Below are positions 26,400 through 36,410 of a stretch of DNA of 64,000 nucleotides, piece after piece (positions within the stretch are counted from its first letter, which is position 1; each line of letters begins with the position of its first letter). Location of the stretch: the NCBI RefSeq assembly GCF_018350175.1, contig NC_058368.1, positions 196,542,001-196,606,000 on the forward strand. The letters are read 5' to 3'. Source of the stretch: Felis catus. Lineage: Eukaryota. A program made the position numbers and the translations under genes. The notes beneath the pieces are model-generated. The model did no database searches and was not told the origin of the DNA. It worked only from the letters and a program-made list of their open reading frames with translations.

Positions 26400-26765
26400 T
26401 TTCGTATTTGATCCCAAGAAGCCTAGATTTCATCCTGTAAGCTACGGCTGACAAAGGCATAAACTCCAAGGCAGGGCAGGGATGGGAGAGGCTTGACATT
26501 TCAGTGGTAGAACAAGACCGGAGACACTAAAGGAGATGGACAAATCCAAGACGGATCGTGAGGTGCGACACACACAAGGAAGAATGATGTATAGGAACGC
26601 GGAGGAGGAAACGAAAAGATAGGAGACAACAAAAAGTTTGACTTTAGGTTTCACAGGTTTGGAATTTCTATCAAATGTCCACATGAGGACGTCCAGTGAG
26701 CAACTGGAAATGGGGGTATCAGGCCCAAGAGAGAAGCCAAAACTGGAAAAGTAAATGGGGAGAGG
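26400..26765 (-). mobile_element. L2 fragment
   Basis: Purine-rich antisense L2 pattern (gagatggacaaatccaagac, ggacgtccagtgagcaactggaaat). Confidence 0.5.
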
Positions 26766-27014
26766 AGGAACATATTGCACATAAAGGAACATATTAGCAC
26801 ATAAATGGTACCTCATTTTTTTCTCTGAATTCCCATTGTTTAGATGTTCAATAAACATTTGTTGGGGAGATGCTTTATCTTCCCAACTAGATTAAGAATT
26901 GTTCAAGGAGATGTTTTCTACTTTTCGTGTATTCTCACAATACCTAGCATAAAATCTGGCACACAGAAGGCACTTAATAAGTTGTTAATGGGTGGACTGG
27001 TTTTTATTATTATC

Positions 27015-27453
27015 ATTTTAATGTTTATTTATTTTTGAGAGAGCAAGCAAGAGCATGTGCACAAGTGGGGGAGGGGCAGAGAGAGAGGGAGACACAGAAT
27101 CTGAAACAGGCTCCAGGCTCTGAGCTGTCAGCACAGAGCCCGACGCGGGGCTCGAACTCACGGACCGCCAGATCATGACCTGAGCCGAAGTCGGCTGCTC
27201 AACCGACTGAGCCACCCAGGTGCCCCCATTCATTTATTTTAAAAAAGAGAGCACAAGCGGGGGAGGGGCAGAGAGAGAGGGAGAGAGAATCCCAAGCAGG
27301 CTCCGCACTGTCGGTGTGCAGTTGAATGCGGGGCTCGAACTCACGAACCATGAAATCATGACCTGAGCTGGAGAACACCTACTGAGCCACCCAGGTGTTC
27401 CGAGTTTTTTTTTTTTTTAAGTTTATTTTAAGAGAGAGAGAAAGTGCACAGGC

Positions 27454-27485
<32 letters not shown>

Positions 27486-27613
27486 ATCCTGAGCAGGCTC
27501 TGCACCATCAGCGCAGAGCCTGGCAAGGGGCTCGGACTCACAAATCGGGAGATAATGACTTGAGCCGAAATCAAGAATTGGACACTCAACTGACTGAGCC
27601 TCCCAGGCGCTCC
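27015..27613 (-). mobile_element. Stack of three Can-SINEs (about 27015-27226, 27229-27401, 27405-27613)
   Basis: Three consecutive reverse SINEC bodies, each with its own tail. Confidence 0.9.
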
Positions 27614-27624
27614 TTAAGTTTTAA

Positions 27625-28440
27625 AAATAAAAGTAGTGACAGTTGCACAACACAGTGAATCGTACCTAATGCACTGAACTGCAAATTGAGAACGGTTAAA
27701 GTGGTCTATTTTACATTTTTAATATATATTTGAACATAAAACCAGGAGGAGAGGAAGCAGAGTATTAAAAGGCTCTTATACACAAAATGGTATAATAACG
27801 GCGAAGGTAGAGTGTGATAAATTAAGGATGCATACTATAAACCCTAATACAACTCCATTAATCACAGAGCTATGGCTAATAAACCAACAGAGGAGATAAA
27901 ATGGAATCACAGAAAATAATACGAAACAATCCAAAAGAAAACACAGAAGGGAAAATAAATCGCGACTCCATAAAATAACCGAGATCTAAAGTTTGTGGGT
28001 AACTTGAAGTCTTAACATTAACCTCATACGAATGTGAACAAGTCACCTACCAAAAGACTCTCTCTCTTCACTTACGTGGAAAAATCTCAGTTACAACTAG
28101 GCTGTAACAGGTGTGGACTGGGCGGTTGGGAATAATTTTCCTGTACTCACACTGCTGGCAAGTAGTGGAACTGTGACGGGAAGCAAAGCCTGTGTGATTC
28201 ACACGCACTCTGTCTCTCGACTGCTTCTTTTGAAACTTCTCAAATCTTCAGAAAAGTTGAAAGAATGATACATGCAGCACGGGTATATTCACAGCTCACC
28301 TATTAAACAATTTCACAATTCACCAGTTGTCAATGTTTTGCTACGTCTGCACTTCTGCACCTCTCCATCCACACCGGTTGGTTGGTTTGGAGTTTTGTCC
28401 CCAGACGTACTTCAGCCTTAAACACCTAACTGAACCCGTC
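27625..28440. mobile_element. Ancient L1M fragments (mixed orientation)
   Basis: gtagtgacagttgcacaacacagtgaat (L1 3' end), aaccctaatacaac, cagaaaagttgaaagaatgatac. Confidence 0.55.
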
Positions 28441-29689
28441 ATTTTTTTTTAACCACCATGCTGTGTTGCCTCTTTTTCAAAAGAAGCATTCATTCATTAA
28501 CAAGAAATCGAACCATTTGGATCACTCTTCGAAAATCTGCAATGGCACCCCACCTCCTCCTGCATACGGTCTACAAAGTTTAGCACGGGCTTCTCTCTCT
28601 GAGCGAGCTGAACCTGCCTTTCTTTTGCTTCCTTCCATGCTCTGGTGTTCTAGTCACCAATCTAGGAAAATATTAAGCATCCCTGGTTCCTCTGGGCCTT
28701 TGCTCATGCTGTTCACTCAGTCTGGAATGCCTTTCCTTCCTATCTCCATCTATCTTGGTCCTCTTCCTAATCCTTGAAGGCCCACCTCAAACGCCACTAT
28801 GACGTATTGTTTCTGGTATAAAGCCCAATCAATGTAAGACGAAAAACTAAAATACCAGAGGAAAATAACATCATGTAAAGCCACGATCAAATAATAGTTC
28901 CTTGAAGAGTCAGTCACAGCTTTCAAAAAGATTTCATATACACCTCCCACTTGCCTCCTCAACAGATCCGAGAACAGATTATGAGTCCTCTCCTCTAATA
29001 TGAGAAAAACCAAAGTTGTAGTCACTGCCTCAACTAGGAGGACCAAAGTCTCAACCCTCGTTTTCCAATTTCCAAGGCCCCCTCTCTTTCCAAAATACCA
29101 CCTGACCCCCCAGATTTGTTTCCTTGCTAAGAAGTCTTCGGGGCTAGTTCAAATTGCCATTTTGTGGCCAAGTGCTCAACTCATAGTTCTGAGTCTTATT
29201 AATGTTAATCAGTGAAGGTGGCAAAACTCTTGCAGGCTGTTGGCACAACATTATTGAAGCAGGTTTGGCAGAGGATTAAGAATGAAATCAATTTTATCTT
29301 TCACATTACACACGTGCGCTGGTAACGTTTGCATTTTCTTTTTTCTGTCAGCGGCAACAATGTAAAATTTATCTCTGTAACTGTACTTTGGCCAGAATAA
29401 TAATTCAGATCCCAGCGAAGAGTCAAACAGGCCAAGCAGGTTGTGCCTACCTCCGTCTCCTTTTGCTGGCCCTCTAACTAGAATGGTGCTCGGGGCTGTG
29501 TTCATAGCTTTCCCTCTTGCTTCTTTTAGGTTTCCACTCAAATACTACCCTAGGCAGTTCCTTCCCAGACACAACACGTAAAACAGCATCACTGCTGCCA
29601 CCACGCCTCCCTCCCTCATCCCTGCCCTGTACTCCTGTCCCCCTTACTTTGCTTTATTTTTCTCCATGGCCCTTCTTACCATCTCATAC

Positions 29690-29690
29690 T

Positions 29691-29736
<46 letters not shown>
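29690..29736. repeat. (TTTA)n tetranucleotide microsatellite inside an L2 remnant
   Basis: About 11 TTTA units. Confidence 0.95.
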
Positions 29737-29742
<6 letters not shown>

Positions 29743-30527
29743 TGGTTAATTGTCTTTCTCATCAGTGCAGCAATTTGCTCTTTGGTTCACAGCTGTTATC
29801 TCCAGGGTCTTGAGCCATGCTAGCACCTAATAAGCGCTTGACAAATATTTGTTGAGTGAATGGAGAAATGACAGTTGAACAGCTATGTAGTAAAGAAAAA
29901 GGAGTGACCTCTCTCTCTCTCCGCCTCCACGCGCCATAACTAAGTTTATGTCATGAAATTTCAGTGTGGCAAGCATCTGCTTGGGGGGGGAGGTCTATGC
30001 TCACTAAAAGTGAAGTCAATGATCAAAATCCTCACCCCTCGTGAATCCAATGTGGACCTCTCCCCAGCCCTGAATGTGTTGTCTCTAGATCTACCCCTGG
30101 GAGGCAGCACATTATAGTACAGTGATATTCAAGTGCGGTTTCTCAGGCAAATCCAGGGATGAGAGCCAAGACTGAATCCCTGGAGACTCGGAGCCAGTGA
30201 GGTAAGGGCCCTACTAGGAGAATCACCGGATATGTCCTGGAGTTGAACAGACCTCTATTCAGATCCCAGCCACACTATTCAACAACTGTATGGCACGGGT
30301 GAAAAACTTCCTTTTACTCAGCATCATTTTCTCACCTGTAAAATGGGGATAACATTATCTAACTTGCAGGGCTGTTGTAAAGCACAAGTACCCAGCACAG
30401 TGCCCGGCACATAGCATTTGTTCAATAAACGACAGTTACTAGTCCGTCCTTCGAGATTCTTGACGGGGAAAAAAAATGGGCTCCTGTCTTCTGGTAGGTT
30501 TGGCTTTCCTTTTCTCTCTTGATTTTC

Positions 30528-30757
30528 TTTTTTTTTTTTTAGTTTTTTTTTCAACGTTTTTTATTTATTTTTGGGACAGAGAGAGACAGAGCATGAACAG
30601 GAGAGGGGCAGAGAGAGAGGGAGACACAGAATCGGAAACAGGCTCCAGGCTCCGAGCCATCAGCCCAGAGCCTGACGCGGGGCTCGAACTCACGGACCGC
30701 GAGATTGTGACCTGGCTGAAGTCAGACGCTTAACCGACTGCGCCACCCAGGCGCCCC
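30528..30757 (-). mobile_element. Young felid SINEC_Fc, TSD cttgattttc
   Basis: Near-consensus body, long T tail, TSD 30518-30527 / 30757-30766. Confidence 0.93.
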
Positions 30758-31149
30758 TTGATTTTCAAAAACAAAGAACTTCTGCTTAACCCAATACTGG
30801 ATAGCACACTGGTTCCAGATTTGACATAAAGAGCCCTAGAGAAAAGGCGGGGGGCGGAAAAAAAGGTACTAGAATGGGTGCCAGAAAGTTTAAGTCCTGA
30901 ATGCTCCCAACTCATGTGGTCCCCAATCCGTGCAAAAAAAAAGGGGGGGGGGCCTCAGCCTTATATTCTATGAGTTGGGGAGAGGTGGGTACAAGTCCCA
31001 GCTCTGCAAATGACATGCTGTATAATTTCAGGAGAGGACCCGGCCCTCCCTCTCTGTGTCCTTTCAGTGCTCCCAACTATCCAGTGAAAGATTACAACTT
31101 AGTCTATGAGTCTCGAAGTACAGTCCCTGATTTGTACTTAACCAGATGT

Positions 31150-32200
31150 GTGGTTTTAAAAACCAAGAGAATGAGGTCCTCTCGCGTGTCCAAGCCTGGT
31201 TCCCCATCTGTCCGAGGGTGGGACGGTGGGTGGTGGCGGCGGCTCCTATCTCCCAGGTCTTTCTCCCAGTTTTCCGAGTTTGAGACGCCTAGACGAGGGC
31301 TCCAACACCAGAGCAGCACCGCTATCTACGAGGTGCGGGGCATCCGCGTGATGTGGGGTGGAAGGTGGGTAGCCCTGAGGCCGAGGAGTGGGGTCGGAAT
31401 CGCCGCAGCGAGAGACGCGGGCTTTCACCCTGCTCCGGGTCTGCGGACCGAAGGTACAACCCTGACGCACACCCACCTACAACGGCCTGGCCACGACGCC
31501 CACGTCGACCGTTGGTCCGGGCTTCCTGCCACCACGTCTCCGGCACAGGCCAGAACGACCCTAAGAGGGGCCCGCCGACCGCATGGAGGCCGGCACCGCT
31601 CCGTCCCCCCTTCTCGCGTCCCCTCCCCTCTTCTCACCTCTAGGTCCCTGGCCTCCCCGTGCGACGAGGCCCCGCGGCACGTCCTGCGCCGTGGCGAGGC
31701 TGAGCGGACACAGCAGCGCCGGCAGAGGTAGCCCGGTCCCGGGCCGGCCTCCCTTTAACCGGCCCGTCCCCTTCCCCGCCCATCGCCCGGCCCCCGAGGA
31801 AGGCGGGGCCCCACCGGGCGGGACCGCGGAGAGCGGCCTGGAAGCACCGGCGGAGAGGTGCGGAAGACCCAGCCAGTACGACAGCCCGGACGGTGGCAGT
31901 CACGTGGCCCCGCGGGCGAGCGACGCGGCCGCCAGCCAATGACGCGGCCCGGACCGCGGGGGTGCCGCCCCCTGGCTGTTTTCCTCCTCACGATTGGCTG
32001 CCCCGCAGGGCCGCGAGTCCCTGGTTCTTCGGGAGGTTCCTTCTCCGCTGGGGGCTGTGAGGAATTATCGGCGGTTTTGCACCTGAACCCTGAAAGCGTG
32101 GCAAGGCAAAGGTGTCCGGAGAGACCCGGAAGCTTTCGGTCTAGAGCGGCTAAGTGTTCTGCCTTTTCGAGCTGGAAGGCCTTTATCACTGATCCCTTGG
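31150..32200 (-). promoter_or_regulatory. SLC26A2 CpG-island promoter
   Basis: CpG-dense. GC boxes ~31800-31825, E-box GTCACGTGGC 31899-31908, CCAAT 31936-31940 next to a TGACG half-CRE, ATTGG 31993-31997. Confidence 0.85.
31638..31730 (-). other. SLC26A2: SLC26A2 non-coding exon 1 (TSS approximate)
   Basis: GAG|GTGAGA donor at 31638/31637 in the CpG island. TATA-like GGTTAAAGG (minus) at ~31752-31760. Confidence 0.75.
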
Positions 32201-33507
32201 GACCCTGTCCCCTCCCACTCTCCCTTTGTAGATGTGGAATGAAGATCCTAAATGGGGAAAGGTCAGCTGGAAAGTTAGGGGCTTTACCATTAGTGTAACC
32301 TACTCTCCACTGAAGGTCCCAATTAGCCAGAGACGCCTTTTAAGATGTGAATAAAAATGTAAAAATAAATATGAGACGTAATTCCAACTAGGCTTAAAAT
32401 CCTCAGTGGCTTTTCTTGACGTTTATAGATAAAATTAAATTCCTCCCTATGCTTTCGAGGATCTGAATGTTCTGGACCGGCGCCTTTCTTACCTGGCATC
32501 CGTCCCTCTCTCTCTGCTCTCCACCCATCCTGGCCTCCTTTGCCAGCCAAGCTTGTTCTCTTTCGGGACCGACCACTGGTTTCTGCTGCCTGGTTTCTTT
32601 CTTGTCTCAGGTCTCAGTTTAAATTCCCACCCTCTCTCCCCTACCCTTCCAGTCACATCTGAACGTGCCATCCTGATTTAATGATCTGCCCCGTAACTGG
32701 GCGCTATCTGACGTCAAATATATGTTTATTCATTCTCTCTTGTTTATAGCCTGCGGGGGTTCGCTGGACAGGAGTGGAAGGTCAAGAGCACCTGTGAAAG
32801 AAGCAAAAACGGTTAACTTCCTTTCCTTCCCTTTCCAATGAACCTCTTCACACTAATTTTAAGGAACTCCCTTTCTTGCCTAGAGATGATCCTCAAGGTT
32901 CTGTCAACCATCAGATTCAGAGCTTCCGGAAGTCACAAGTCATATGGGGAATCAGAACACCTGGGTTTACTCCTGATGCTGTCCCTTGTGACTGGACATA
33001 AGTCAATGGGCATCAAAGGTAGTTAATGCCTGCCCCCTTCCTGCCAGACGCACCTGATGTGTCCTTCCTTCCCAGTCGTGGAGAGGCTCAAGTAAGACAG
33101 TGGGTGTAGGGTACTTTGTCACTCCCTATAGGCTGCAGAACATACGATGGCAACAGATGCTGATTTCTGGATGCACAAAACTCTTCACATTCATTATTTA
33201 ATCCTTAGAGCAGCTTTCAAGGAGGTGCTATATTATGATTCTCCCTTTATAGGTAAGGAAACTAGACTCAGAGATGTTAGGTGACTAGCCCAAGGTCCCA
33301 GTTAATAAGTGACAGTCATATGATTTTGTCCCGGTTACACCTGACTGCAAAGCCCACTCTTAACCCCTACATCCACCGTATTGTCAAACGTAAGAGTACA
33401 CCTTGCATCCTTGCATGTAACAGACACCAGTACAACCTGGTTTAATGTAACAACAGCTATCATTTTCTTTCTCTTATTCCATACATTGTAGTTTTTAAAT
33501 AGTATAT

Positions 33508-33926
33508 TTTTTCTTTTTTTTTTTAAATGTTTATTTATTTTTGAGAGAGACAGAGCATGCAAGCCGGGGAGGGGCAGAGAGAGAGGGGGGACAGAGGATC
33601 TGAATCGGACTCTGGGCTGACAGCTGAGAGCCGGATGCAGGGCTCAAACTCATGAACCGTGAGATCATGATCTGAGCTGAAGTCAGATGCTCAACTGACT
33701 GAGCCACCCAGGTGCCCCTAAAACAGTATATGTTTCTTTTTTAAGTTTATTTATTTGTTTTGGGGGGGAGGAGGGGCACAGAAGGAGAGAGAGAGAGAGA
33801 ATCCAAGCAAGATCCGAGCTGTCAGTACAGAGCCCAGTGCAGGGCTTAATCTCATGTTACATGAGATCGTGACCTGAGCTGAAATCAAGAGTCGACACTC
33901 AACCAGCTAAACCACCCAGGCACCCC
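33508..33926 (-). mobile_element. Two Can-SINEs (about 33508-33718 and 33736-33926)
   Basis: Two reverse SINEC bodies within MIR-like sequence. Confidence 0.88.
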
Positions 33927-34988
33927 ACATTCCATCCATTTTAATCTACATTACAGGTGAGGAAACTGAGGATCACAGTATTAGGTTACTCAGCAAGGTC
34001 ACGCAACTGACAAGTAGTGGATTTTGAGGTGGAACGGTGGGGGATTTCCTAACTGAGAGCTGCCTGATGCCAAAACCCAAGAACATATGGCTATGACCCA
34101 GTGTAAGGAGAAGATGCTAGAGAGGAAGCTTTAGGACAGTCATTGGTGCCTCTCTCCCTTCCAGTTCAGCATCTCAGACCGCTATTTAATGTTGTGGCCC
34201 TCTCTGCCTCCCCACATACACATCCCCAGGGGCTCCATGGAACTGGACTTTGGTCCGCCACTCCTACCATAGTTCATCAGTGCTCTACTTCTCTGCAGCA
34301 GGAGTCTAAGAAGTGAAACAGATCACCAAATCCCTACAAATCTGCTTTTCCTCAGTAACAGCAGTTCAGCCGCCCAGGCAGCCAGAACCCAGGTCTCTTT
34401 ACCCCTCCCATGTGAGTCTGGGCATTTCCCCTCCTGTTGGTCTCAGGGTTCACAGAGGTGCTAGCAGCTGGAAGGTCACGTATAATAGCCATTATTCTAT
34501 CCCAAACTGCTTTCCAAAGAGTAACTAAAGTGGGGGTTGTTGTGGGCCAGCAAATAAGTCATTTCCGGTGAGCGGCCACTTGAGGATTTGCCTCCTCAGT
34601 GCTTTCTGACCAGCCACACTTCCCAGGTGGGACAGGTCACTTGCTCTGAGGCCTTGCCCTAGTGGGCCCCAAACTGACTCCCATCATTGGAGAGGCTATT
34701 CCCGATTTGCTATTCTGATTTATTTTCACTGCGATGGGTGTTGTACCTTTTTTTTTTAATTGGATTGTCCTTGGAAACAGGTAACATGTACACATAAATA
34801 AATTCAAAAAATCAAAGAGTTTTCAATGAAAAGTAATTCTCCCACACTAGCCATTCTTTACCCCGCTGTTCCTTCTGGGGGCAGACACGGCACCAGTTTC
34901 CTGTGTTACCTTCTGGTTATTCTATAGCAGCAGCTTCCAATTCTGGCTGCACATCAGAATCTCCTGGAGAACTTTTAAAAGATAACAA

Positions 34989-35434
34989 GTAGTATTCCAT
35001 ACTACTTGGCAATGAGAAAGAATGAAATCATGCCATTTGCAGCAATGTGGATGGAACTGGAAGGTATTATGCTAAGTGAAATAAGTCAATCAGAGAAAGA
35101 CAGATATCATATATTTTCACTCATTTGTGGATCTTAAGATACTTAACAGAAGACCATGGGGGAAGGGAAGGGGAAAAATAACTACAGAGAGGGAGGGAGG
35201 GAAACCATAAGAGACTCTTAAATACAGAGAACAAACTGAGGGTGGATGGGGGTGGGGAGAAGGGAAAATGGGTGATGGGCATTGAGGAGGGCACTTGTTG
35301 GGATGAGCACTGGGTGTTCTATGTAAGGGATGAACCATGGGAATCTATCCCAAAAACCAAGAGCACACTTTATACACTGTATGTTAGCCAATTGGACAAT
35401 AAATTATATTAAAAAAATAAAAATAAAAAAATAA
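34989..35434 (+). mobile_element. 5'-truncated felid/carnivore L1 3' end with TSD taaaagataacaa
   Basis: ORF2 end (gaaatcatgccatttgcagcaatgtggatggaactggaaggtattatgctaagtg), 3'UTR, A tail. TSD 34976-34988 / 35435-35447. Inserted in a MER5-like element. Confidence 0.9.
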
Positions 35435-35627
35435 TAAAAGATAACAATGTTTGGATCCCAGGAGATTCTAATGCACACAGAGGGTTGGCAAACCAGTGAT
35501 CTATGCATTTTCAAGACCAAATCTCTTTAAACAAAAGGGGCCTACAATATACACATTTTGCACTTTTTAGAAATTAATACGATACATTGAAGACTATTCC
35601 GTATCAGTGCATCAAGAGATCCTTTCT

Positions 35628-35847
35628 TTTTTTTTTCTTTTCTATTTTTTTAATTTACATCCAAGTTAGTTAGCATATAGTGCAACAATGATTTCAGGAG
35701 TAGATTCCTTAATGCCCCTTACCCATTTAGCCCACCTCCCCAAAGCCCCTCCAATAGTAACCCTCTGTTTGTTCTCCATATTTAAGAGTCTCTTATGTTT
35801 TGTTCCCCTGCCTGTTTTTATATTATTTTTGCTTCCTTTCCCTTATG
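35628..35847 (-). mobile_element. Short carnivore L1 3' end with TSD tcaagagat(c/g)ctttct
   Basis: T tail, aatttacatccaagttagttagcatatag, taagagtctcttatg. TSD 35612-35627 / 35848-35863. Confidence 0.88.
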
Positions 35848-35864
35848 TCAAGAGATGCTTTCTG

Positions 35865-36410
35865 GCTGTCGATTGCTGAGTAACAAATCGCTCAAAACTT
35901 AGTGGCTTAAAATAATAATCGTTTTGTTAAATCATACAGTTGCTGTGGATCAGGAATTGGGTAAGAGCTGAACTGGATGGTCTCTTATGGACCTATAGTC
36001 AGATGGCGGCCAGATTGGAGAAAGTGCATGGGGATGAAGCAAATGAAGGACGTCTGGATGTCTTCATGGAGTCTCAGGACCTCTCCTTGTGGGCTCTATG
36101 TGTGGGCTAGCCTGGGTTTCTTCACACCACAGCGGTCTCAGGGCAGTCTGTGCTTAAATGACAGCTAAAGGCTTCAAGAGCCAGTGTTACAGCTAATAAA
36201 GAGAATGCTGTACAGCCTTTTACAATCTAGCCTCGAAAGCCACATAGCTTCACTTTTATTGCACTTGGTTGGATGAAAGTCATAAAAGCCTGGCTAATTT
36301 CAAGGGGTGGTGGGCAATAGACCCCAAGTCTCCATGAGAGAAGTGTCAAAGTCACATTGTAAGAAGAACATGCGGGATGGGAAATATCATCGTGGCTGTG
36401 TTTGGTCACA
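35865..36410. mobile_element. MLT1 (ERVL-MaLR) LTR
   Basis: tgctgagtaacaaatcgctcaaaacttagtggcttaaaata and aaagtcacattgtaagaagaacatg. Confidence 0.75.

Noticed and set aside
30901..32298. Cluster of long overlapping ORFs (276, 144, 146, 119 aa) around the SLC26A2 promoter
   Set aside because: Typical CpG-island artefacts in several frames with no protein-like signature.
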